From Catajapyx aquilonaris (lineage: Eukaryota), in contig JYFJ02002969.1 in assembly GCA_000934665.2 (NCBI GenBank), positions 1-48,105 of the forward strand: DNA of 48,105 nucleotides. The letters run 5' to 3'. The translations under genes and the position numbers were made by a program. Shown piece by piece: positions 34,301 to 45,442 of the stretch (the first letter of the stretch is position 1; each line of letters opens with the position of its first letter). A model generated the notes under the pieces. It searched no databases. It worked only from the letters and a program-made list of their open reading frames with translations, and was not told where the DNA came from.

Positions 34301-37300
34301 ATTTTTCCCATGCAGATTGAAGGGTGCAGTACGGCCAAAAGCAGTTAATATAATTTGTGTGCAAACCTTTTCCCCAGATGGGTGACACGCAGAACAACTT
34401 GACGAGCACTAATCTGTTTTTCTCAAGATTTTTGTTCGAATAATGGACTATACTGGTTTGAAACCAGCGCAATGCTACGCCCGAGTAAACCAGCGGTACC
34501 ACACTGTCCATGAAGCCATATCAGATGCATATTCAATCCGGAACAGACCCGGACACGGTGTGTAAGAAAGAAGAAGCGCGCAGGTACACCTTCGCAGCAT
34601 AAAATGGCATAGGGTATACAATGCTGGAGGCGTGGTTTTTCCGCATATAAAATGTGTGGCATGGGTGTGCAGGTGTATAATGTATGAGGAGAGTGGTGGT
34701 GGGTGGGGGGTCAGCCTTGCGTATAAACACGAGGCCACGGTTTGACTGCTCCGTTTGATTCAATTAAGATGGCGAGCTTCCCTTGACGTCAAGAGGTCAC
34801 GAGATGTGTCCGCAGGAACAGGAAGCAGCCCATGCACTCGACCCAAGCTGTGCATGTGTGTGGTCATCTGCTGCTGCCGGTATATACACTGCTGTATATA
34901 TATGCCAACGCACAGCACGTCCGCATGCCTCATTTGCAATTCCCCAAAAAACCGCTCGGCTTCCGGACGTCATTTGCATACACACAGCAGCATTTGGCTT
35001 CGACGCACAAGCAACCCGGTTTCACAACAAAAGGGTGATGGGAAAAAGGGCCCGACTCAATTAATATTTGCGCCGGTGTATATTAGTGGAAGTGTCAACA
35101 AAAAGGAGTTTTGCCCATTTATTTGGCGGAATCGCACAATGTAATTGTTCGGGTTTTGAATCGTGTCAGGAATTAGCAGTTGCTTTATTGGGCGGCCATT
35201 CGTGTTTGTGACATCAACGCGTCCATCACCTTTTCGAATTAAGCGGAGGACAGCTCGGTGGATATTTTGTCGGAATATATTGGAAACATTCAATTGCAGG
35301 AATTATTGCGGACTATACGTATTCCACAACTTGCATACTCCTACAAAATTTCACCAGCATGCAATTGACGAGCGGATCCTCGTCCAGCAGCCATTATTCC
35401 AGAGCAAATTAAGAGGAGGTGTACATAGCGAGTGAACCAAACCAGCACCTGAAACTGCTAAGCTAGCTGGAATAATCGACATCAGGAATGTGTAACATGT
35501 GTGTCTCCCGGAACTGGACAAAATGTCGCTGACCTTGCGATTTCAAGTGTAGATTGGGACAGCACATGAAGCGGGTAAAAGGGCAGCAAGCACGAAGCTG
35601 GGTTGAGCGTAATAAACAGCGTGGCATGCTGCTGATGCTTAATACTGGAACCGCATGTAGCAGGGAAACGTTCCACTCCGAAATCCAAGCCGGAATTAAT
35701 ATGCGCGACTCTCACCGCCCAATTACATGCCAGGTCATACGCTGCTAACTCTATTTATTTTCTCCTGCCCTGGTCGCTTTACCATGCTGCACAATTATTA
35801 CCTGGTTGAAATATCCACGCGACCACAGCATATATATAGACAAGTCTCTTAAAAGAAAATAAAGAAGGGTCGCATCTTCCGTAACGCGCGTCCCAATTGT
35901 GCGGTACGAGCGATTGTTCTGGGGAAGAATAATGCGTCGATTACACAACAGCTGTACAGGTGATGTTGCTCAACCGCACAATGGGTTTGGAGCCGAGTGG
36001 AGAGGTAAAAGACATTAGCCATCAGAACCTTGAAAGTACTCAGCAGCAGAAAGATAAAGCGGGAGGTGGTGGGGGTGAGTTGCTGGAGGGTGAGAATATG
36101 AGGTGAGTAAAGAGGGAAAAAACACACACATAAAATATAAAGAAGGGGCTCCAAATGCAAATCAGTTCATGCGAAACGGATATATTCTGGGAAGAATTCT
36201 GGCCGGGGCTTCGGAAAACCTTGCAGACAAAACACCAAGGTTAACCCAACGATGCGGTCTACTCTCAGATGTAACTTGCTAAGGTATAAATTCAAATAAT
36301 TCAAACACTCAAAAATTGTGTAGTTGTTGGTGCACGTTCAACAATATAGCTGGCAACTTGCAACCGCAGCATCTTCATTCGGAGGGAAATCGTGACGATC
36401 GTAACTTTCAGAGAATCGGTTTTGACACGAGGCGACAGTTGACAAAACATTCGTGTGGGTGAGCAATATCTCGCTCGCAGATTTCTTTTTCTGTCATTTT
36501 CCTAAGCTAATGTACACTTTGTTGTTGTTTTTTTTCTCCCTGCTTCCTTCACTTGTGTGTCATCATCCAGCATGCAGTTAGGTTGAGGGAGCGGCCATGC
36601 GATGACTCCGGGCATCCTATATACAAAAGGTCACGACCTCCTCTTCGGGGTCCGTCGCTCGAGCGAACCACCACCAACCTTAAAAGCACGAGCTTCAAAA
36701 CAGCGCACTTTCTGATTCATCTCCGGGACGCCACCGGACAGCAAGACCTGATGTATAATGTTATGCAGAAGCAGGATGCTATGCTCAGGGGATGTATTTT
36801 TATTACACTCCACTTAAGATGAGGCCCGGATTAAAGCGGCGCAGCATCATGAGGGGTGGTCCATGCCCAACGGGACTTAGCCGGGGCCGTATCCGAGGCA
36901 AATCTGCGATTGCAGATATTGCCGCTTGAATCCGGTTCATATGTTTAACAAAAGAAAAAAGGAAGAGGACAGCGCCGATTTGATTTATTGCATAAAATAT
37001 AGTCGGGACAGGAGGAGAGATTAATGAGCCAGGCTGTAAATCAAAGCCGCACTTTGGATAGACCAAACATTGCGACTTGATGCAGGAGCAATATTATTGA
37101 GTGTAAGAGACGTGGTCGACACGCGTTCGAGATGCGCCGGATGACACGATCTATTTTGGACGCATCTGAATTCGGGACGGATATCGGCAGCATATATATA
37201 TATATAACAACAGAAAAGGGTTGGGGTCGAAGGTCGAGGTGGTCATAACATGTCATGGCCGCGTGACTTATTCCTGGCCGACTTGCTCATGGATTATGAC

Positions 37301-40300
37301 ACGAGCATTGAATTGGGTTTTTGGGAGGGTCACATGCTGCAGGCCAAGCGACTTATATACTCGCACGAGTGAATAGAGAAGGTTATGAATATGCTGAATG
37401 AGAGAAGGCGTCATCAAATGCGTCACACAGAACGTATATAACCATAGGAGACTGACCATTTGCATCTGATGTGAACCGCACTCTCAGGACAAACCGGCTC
37501 TCATTTTCATCACAAAGGACCGATGGAAACATTCTGCGGGTTGACATGTTAATTTGGTTGTGTTGTTCGCAATGGTTTTGATCAACTACGCGGTGATCAC
37601 ATTACCTGTTGGGCGGAAGTCATGCTCCGTTGCTCCTAACACAGGCAACTTCTCTTTTTTTAAAATCCAACTGGGCCACTTCCGGCCGGTTATTGGACTG
37701 CTTTTAATGGGTCACAACTCAGCTTGACATTGCTAATTGCAGCGAACATTGCGGATGACCTTCCCTGAGTGAGGATTACGGTCGCTTTTACACGGTCGCT
37801 TTCGATGGCAATTAACCTTGCACGTCTCACTGCGCACCACAATTCCTCCTTCTAAATCAGCTGATTTCTTCAGTATATATACTGAAGAAGCCAAAGATAA
37901 TGGACCGGATCTAGACCGAGTCTGAATGATTCAGCATTAGCAGCAGCAATTGGGACTTTTAATTTGCCTTTAGCAAAATGATAAAAAATGAGAGATGTAC
38001 ATGAAGTGGGGGTGGGTGTTAAGTAGCGACGTAACCCTGATAAGACTGCAAGCCAAGCAAGCACATTAGCAGCTTTACACGCCGGAAAAATAGCTCTAAC
38101 AGTTCCTTTTTTTTACACTGATATAAGCTCTCTCTTTCTTTCTGTGTGTGTAGTGGGTGCTAATTCGCCACACGTGACCTGGATACCAAAACAAACCTCG
38201 CTAATGGCCGAAACCCAAAGTGCGACTGATTCTTTTTCTTTCTTTTTGTGTGTGTGTCGAGTGTGGTAGTTTGGTGAAGGTGGTTAAAGAGTATGAGTGG
38301 CGTGATTGGGGCCCGAGAGAAGATGAGGCCAAGATAATGACGGGGGTGGTGAAGCGCGTGGCAGCAGTTCGTCACTTTTTGCAGCCTTTTAATTCCCTTT
38401 TCCTTTCCACAAGAAAATGATCGTCTGCCAGGCCTAGCCGGGCAATAAAGATGCCTATCCTCTCTCTCGCCCAGCCTCACTCCCCGCCATTTCTTTCCAT
38501 TTCCCTCCCCTTCCCGTTCCTCTTCTATATATTATATAAAAGGGACGCCCGAGACCATCACATTCAAGCCCGGCTATCTATCGCCCGAAAATGCCACTGC
38601 CTGATTTCATAAGGAAAAATTTTTCCCTTCCTGGCGACGGCATCACTTTTTCCTCCCTCCGCAGAAAAAAAAAATAATGTGAAGAAAAAGGGAAGGATGA
38701 AAGAGGAGGAAAAGGCTGCTGGAAAAGAGAAAAAAGAAGAAGAGTGGGGGGGAAAAAAACTGCCTCCGTTTCGACTGGGCGAGTCTGCTGCTCTGCCGAA
38801 CTTGGCAGCATCAGAGAGGCAGGACTCTATATAGGCCTCTCTTTCCAAGACTTGACGAATGCTCGTAAGATGCTATCTGCACCCTTTTTTTGGCATTATG
38901 CACGCCCGCCTCTTTCTTTTTTTTCCCTGCGGAAGATGTGTGTGCAATAAATCAACATTTTGCGGCCACCAGTCCCAATTGCGATGTGTTGCGGTTCGCC
39001 TCAAATTAACACTCGAGTCCGAAGACTTACTGCATGGAATCCAAGTATAAATGCCTGCGACAAGTACCCTAATAATATACAAAATAAATAAATAAACGAT
39101 AATATGAAATGGTCCATTATCTGCAAAATTGGCAACCATATTTTCTTGTGGCATATATGCTATATATGTAAGACAGATTATGTTCATCACAACATAGCAG
39201 TAGAGCAGAGATGAAGAGAGAAACGAGCTGGCAGGGATGCTGGTTGTGTAGCAGAGTGTATATATGTGTAGAGAGAGAGGATGGAGTTTGATAAGAATTC
39301 CATTTTGCCGTCATCGCATTATCAGCGGGCAAACTATCCCATCAGTAGAGTTTGAATCCGTTATCTCCCGGCCTTGGCAATAAAAATGCTGTAAATTTCG
39401 GTTCCAGAAGAGTGAATTATTATAGTTCGTTAACTCTCCCGTGGGTGATTTACTAAACTGCATGTTTTATTACCAATCACGCGACATTAATTTCATAATT
39501 GTGGGCGCTGCGATGGGCCGGCAATCAGCGTGTCTGTGACCGGCCCCCAATGTTATTACACCTCCCCCCCCTCGCAAAACAGACACACATATAGGCACAG
39601 CAGCAATTGAACACCTCTCTTTTGTTGCTTACTCGGCTCACTGCAATTACACTCCAAAAAAAAGCAAAGCAAGTATGTCAGTGCAGCACCAGTTATGCAC
39701 AGTAGTTTAATACGCTCTGAAATAATTATACTAATCTTGATGCTTATTTGCAATATTTCCACATCATGTTAGACTACGTATTATGAACTGATATAAAAAT
39801 TGGCGACGATGAATAAAATAATAAATGTAAATATAGTTTGTAGGATATATAAAGGTTGAAATCGAGACTTACAAACCTGAATTTTCGCAATACCGTGTCG
39901 ATGGAAAAAACTGTTGTTTACATTTATCATCAACAACAACCTTAATTAGAAATCATACAGGTTCACAGTTCCCTGGCTTTGCAGGTAAAAGTACTTTTCG
40001 CAATCGTTACATAATTATGCGCAGCATAACACGGTGACCTGACACCGATTTGACCCTGCCATCCAGCAGGGCAGGTCCCCTTCAAATCGCCGGTTAACTG
40101 CTTGCCTTGTCAGTTACGCGTACAAGCAAAAAGCAGTTTACATATCCTGCGCAGAGTCACGAATGAATCACATTATTCCCTGAGCCCTTATGCGATGCCC
40201 CTTTGTTCAAGTGGGCATATCGTGTTCTACAGGACACACCTACTACATACACGGGGGCTGATGTCGAGGGAAAGAGAGAGAAAAAAGCACAGGGCTGTAA

Positions 40301-42641
40301 CTGACCTTCCATCAGAAGAAAAAAGGATTCCTGGACGACACGGCAACACGTTCACATGACAATGCACGTGCAGTATAATTGAGAAGAACCCCGATGAAGT
40401 GCCGGGCAAGTTCAGCAGAAGCGGATATTCCTTTGTCCTAAGGGGGCTGGCATCCCCCGAGGTGATGCTCGTTAGTTACTCAGCAGACTCGCTTAATTTT
40501 TTTTTAACCCCCTCTTCTGTTGTAAGCACAGGACTTTTAGCAGAGAAAAGTGAGTGCGGCTGTGTAGCGGAACCGAGCCCTTCATCGCTGTGTATGCCCC
40601 GAAGCAAGCACGTGTGAGCCGTGATAATAATAATGCCTTATAGAAGAAGCGACCTTACACACACCCTGGGCAAGCAGATCACCCCCGTCGCAGAGAGTCC
40701 ACCATTGCGTCACTTTCAAGAAACCTTGATTCACTCCACGGATCTTCCACCATTGTTTTACGAAATCACCCTCCCGAAAAAAAGAAATGCGCGCCCCCTT
40801 GCATACTAATGGCCCCACAGGTTGTTGCAACAATGATCGGAGCTTTTAATTTATTTTTAAAAGAGGAAACTGCTTGGAGGGAATGGCATTTTGTGCCCAT
40901 TAAAGAGGATGTGGTCAGGATAGTCCCCTTCCAGTTAGGGTGTCTTTTACGACAGGGTTGGGACGGAGGACAAGTGGAAGTCGCCTCGTGTTTTTTTTCC
41001 GAGAAAAGGTGCAAGTCAGTTTGGGTTGAAGGGGGGAAGAGAAAAAAAAGAAGGTGGTAGGCAGCGTGGAAGGAATGAGGTGTGTGTGTCGGCTGATAGG
41101 CCGTGGCATCCTCCCTTTTGCTGCAGAAGAGAGCAGGTTCTTCATCCATAAAACCAACTTGTCTCCATCCTCAAAAAACGGTTCAGAAATAAATTGGCCC
41201 TGTCACCAGACACATCTACTGCACTGCCTGCTCAAAATCGTCCTTTATTGCAACCTATGCACATGGATATAACGTTGCCTTGCATACCCTTTTTTCTCCA
41301 GGAATGTCATATGCAACAGCTTGAAATTTATTGCCATAAATTTGAAGAAAAAAATTGTCGTGTAAATAAATAGTCGATTTTTATGTCAAATATATTTTGC
41401 TTTTCACTTTGAGCAGCAGTATTTGTGCTGCGGTACACTCTAAAATATTTCAATTCAGTGCAGCAGTGAAATTCGTGGAAGACAAACGGATGCTTCGATT
41501 CTGACTAAATATGTCCCGTTGTTTTCTGCTGTCGGGCTCGTGTCCAAACATGATGGTTGGGGGTACAGTCTCCCGTTTGGCTGACTCAAAATCCGTCCTG
41601 ACAAGCAAGAAGGCTCTGGATTAGCTGATGGGTCGTCCCCCCAAACGGCCATTCTCGTCTTCAAAAACCCAAAGGCATCCCAACAGTCCTCGCTGTGACC
41701 AGATTCCCAAATTAAGAAGCCTGCCTCCTTCTTTCCTGCATTCCCAGCATGTAAGCTGAGAATGTCGCCATTATCGCCCTGAAGAGTCACACACTGGCTC
41801 GCACCTCAGCAGACCAGATTTCTCTCTCTAAAAGCTATAGCCGAAAAATGGAAATATTTTTGGCGCCCGGTGTGTCAGGTAGCATCAGCCAAGGACTCGG
41901 GGGCCGTCTGCTTGACTGGGATTAGAGCAGAGTGTATAGTGCCAGCCGAGGGCCAAATTGGCCATTAGGCCCTCCTCCTGGGCAGGAGAAAAGAAGGCGC
42001 CAAACCCCATGCTTCGGCCCAGACCAACTACGAATTCCTACACTTTGTTTTCTTCCAAGACCCGTACTGACCACCTTTCAAATCCATCACAGAAAGGCTG
42101 ACACATTCTCTCTTCTTTTAGCGGACGAGGAGGCCCCCAAGAATAATACATTCGGAGTCATTTTACTTGTAAAAAAAAAATAATGGCCTTATCTCTTGTT
42201 TTCTGCCAAATGCCATCAGCCCATCACATTCGTATATGAATAGAGCAAACAATAGTTATCTTGTCACCTCAGAATGTGCCGCATGTTGATGCACTTCTTA
42301 TGTTACGGGTCAGAAAGGGCGAGAATTGTTTACCCAACAACTACTGCAGTGTCGTACAGTCTGAATTTTGTGCATTTTTGTAGAGGTGTACGCGGTGTGT
42401 CCTCGAGATGTCGTGTGCAAGAAGGCGACATGTGAAAAATAAAATAAAAAGGAAAGAAGGATCGTGGTTATGGGCGTGTCCGTCGGTGGTCCGTCCGTCC
42501 GTCCCGTGTCATCCCGTGGCTGTCACCTCCGGTCCCCAGCTTCGTCCATCAGGAGCTCGACACAAACAGCGGGACACGACGCAACCTCCAGACAATTGGG
42601 CGGCTGCTGCTTCAAGCACACCCTTTTTTTCTCCTTCTCTG

Positions 42642-42663
42642 GATGATGATGATGATGATGATG
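42642..42663. repeat. (GAT)7 microsatellite
   Basis: gatgatgatgatgatgatgatg; explains the poly-Met and poly-Asp ORFs here. Confidence 0.9.
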
Positions 42664-43521
42664 CTTTGGGGTCCCTTCAAGGAACAAGTCGCGTGCAGCA
42701 GCAATTGTTGGGTCCGTCAGTCTGGTTGTTGCCATGCGGCAAAGGATGTCTTCATTGAGAGCGACGTGTATTCGCACTCTTTGACCACCGATGGGCCTGG
42801 AGCCATCATGCAGCAGCCTCCCCCTTTTCCCTATATACTGATGGCCTATATCGGACAGCTCCATCTCGATGCCTATCTAAATATCTGCTGCTTCGGCTCC
42901 TTCCTTCCTCCTCCATTCAGCCATGGCCCAACTAACCCCGCCAGCTGCGACTATACAATTCCGGCTACAAATCTGGCCCGACAGGAGGCTTCTGCTCTGC
43001 TGATGGGGAGAGAGAGACCCTGTACTTCCACACAACACACATCATCATCGTGTTCATTCCCATCACACGATGATGCAGCTTTTTTCTCCCATTTTTTTCT
43101 CTCTCTTTCCATTTCTAACAATCCACCGGGATGTAAATGTCATCAATGGTCCATAAATTCCAGCGTAACGTATAACATATTGTTGAGCAATTAGTGGGAA
43201 ATGTTCCCAATATGGATCCGTTGATAGTTGAGCCAAAAAAAAACAACTTATCAAACTGAGATGATCACAAAACATGGCGATATGAGCTCTCCCAGCAGCT
43301 CGGATTCGGCAAGCTGCATAATTCCCACACTTAAACAGCGTGAAATGCGTCACACCTTGCCTTTAGTTAACCGACTTCATCTGAGAACAATTAGGCAACT
43401 TCAGAGCGAGAGTGTGTCAGAGAGGCCTATATAAGCAGGATTATAAATGGCGTCCAGATCAGTTCCGACGGAGAAAATTGCCCGTGAAATGGTTGCCACG
43501 TTACGCGTTTTTCACAGCCAC

Positions 43522-43542
43522 TGGTGGTGGTGGTGGTGGTGG
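43522..43542. repeat. (TGG)7 microsatellite
   Basis: tggtggtggtggtggtggtgg. Confidence 0.9.
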
Positions 43543-45126
43543 CTGCCTTTCCTTCACGCCTTGCTTTTCCCACGATGGGATGCATATGTGGTGCTCTCGG
43601 ATTCAGTTCACCAGGTTACAGGGTTCATTGGAGGGACACACACACACACAGAGCGAAAAAACACAACCTGCGTCATCAGTCAGCTGAAATGTCTCTTTTG
43701 ATTCATCCGAGCTGCTGAGGGGTGGGATGCATATCCTACAGGATAAAACGCTATATAGTTTTACTCATTTGTATACGGATAGTATATAATTCAAATGAAC
43801 GAGAGTGGTGCGGTATGTCATGTGACATTGCACGACGTGTTGACTTCGCTTCAGACTTGGGATCGAGTGTCCTCGCTCGAGTGGAAGGGTGTCTGCTGGC
43901 TCCTGCGGTTTCAGAAAGGTGAGAAAAGTGTCCAGTTCTGCGGCCAGCATGCCCGTCACAAGAGCTGGTTTGGTGTAAGGGCGATTGAAGTGCACACAGG
44001 AGGCGAGGAGCAGCTGCTGTGCAAGAGATGGTGGCCGATAGACGGCTTTAGCTGGCCCCACTCGATAGCCATCTCTTTCCCAGCAGAAAAGAGAGAGGAG
44101 GGGCAGGCCCCTGGACTCGGCCCGTGCAGCCAAACCTCACCTCTTTATCCGACCCTCCCCCTTGAAAGTAGATCCAGTAATGTAGAGCAGCTGCGACAGT
44201 GTCACCCTGTCCAGACCGACATTACATCATAATCATGGCCTTCTGTCTGTATACCTTCAGATCTGATTTTTAGCCCACAAGAAGCTTCTCCTGCTGGAGC
44301 ACCCTGGTGTTTAGGTGAAAGTGCTCTTGACGGCCTGGTGACGAGGGGAAGAAGCGTGTCGATCCAGAAAAGAAAAAGGAGGGGGGTGTTTAAAAATGGT
44401 CCGTCTCTTGCTAGGGTCATCTGGGCCGAGGGTGGGTGAATCGGGCGCCATCATCGCCAGATCGGGACCAATAGACAGGAGATAGCGAGCTGAGCAAAGG
44501 GGGCCTGCCTCACTCTTGTGTACTTCTGTATGTGTGCTGCTGCGTCCCTCCCCGTATCGCAATGGGCCATCGGACGTTTCAAGCGGGACCTGGGGATGCT
44601 CTGCGGTCCGGACACATTGTGTGTGCAACCCGGATTACCTACCGAGGTATAATTCATCACCACCCGGATTATTCCGCCGCAGAACCAGAGGGACCTCCTG
44701 ATACACAGCAGCACAACCAGCAGGAGCTGCTAACTTGCGCATTTTTTTCCCCCTCTCCTTGATTTGAATTCAGTGCTCATGAGGGATCAGACCACGATTG
44801 TTATCAGTCTTGTATACACGTACCGTATATATACAGGGCCCCCATACTGTATATAAAGCCTGCTCTTTATTCAAGAGGAAGAGGACATATAAAGGGACGT
44901 CGTATCTGGATCAGGAGAACACCACTGTATACAGCAGCATCAGGCTCGTTGTAATTATGTGCTTAGGACGACCGCGATGGCACATCAGTGTCATGCAATA
45001 TATCAGAAAAAATAATCAGTTGTTCTTTGTGGGTTAAGAAGCAGCCTGTTTTGCTATGGTCCCATAACCTATTGACAACAAAATGATAATATTACAGTCC
45101 ACCTTTATTCCTGCATGCTGAGTATA

Positions 45127-45442
45127 TAATAATAATAATAATAATAATAATTTGATACCCCATTATCAGCCTACGGGCCTTCCTAGGGGGGGATTTCTCC
45201 CAATTTTTTTTGTCTGGAACTCTTCCATTTTTTACTATTTTTCTCATCTTCGGAATGAAGCAGGGAAAGGGAAGGAAGGAAGCGGCTGTGGCCTATATTA
45301 CGGTAACGACCCCGGAATTATCCTGCAAGGACCATGGGAAACCACAGAAAACCATGGTCAGGGTCGCCGGCCTCCGGGATTCGAACCCGGGACCTCCCGA
45401 TTAGCAGTCGGACACCTTACCACTACACCACTACTGCTTCGG
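45127..45442 (-). mobile_element. tRNA-derived SINE, apparently full length (about 316 bp), with 15-bp target-site duplication
   Basis: TGCATGCTGAGTATA at 45112-45126 and 45443-45457. Minus-strand head has A box TGGTGTAGTGG (45430-45420), anticodon-like arm (45412-45396) and T arm CCGGG-TTCGAAT-CCCGG (45390-45374). Body GGTTTTCTGTGGTTTCCC...GGCCACAGCCGCTTCCTTCC. (TTA)8 tail at 45150-45127. Confidence 0.92.

Noticed and set aside
20475..40078. Short isolated palindromes or hairpins (20475-20491, 26533-26551, 31643-31654, 40052-40078) and an 11-bp doublet at 37778-37802
   Set aside because: Stems are too short for miRNA precursors or MITE ends, and several are expected by chance in 48 kb.
42408..43194. 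Overlapping ORFs with poly-Asp, poly-Met or poly-His
   Set aside because: Produced by the (GAT)7 microsatellite; no other coding signal.
45367..45437. tRNA-Ser(GCT)-like gene on the minus strand
   Set aside because: The acceptor stem does not pair, the variable loop is short (eukaryotic tRNA-Ser has a long arm), and it lies inside a TSD-flanked element with a simple-repeat tail, so it is a SINE head.
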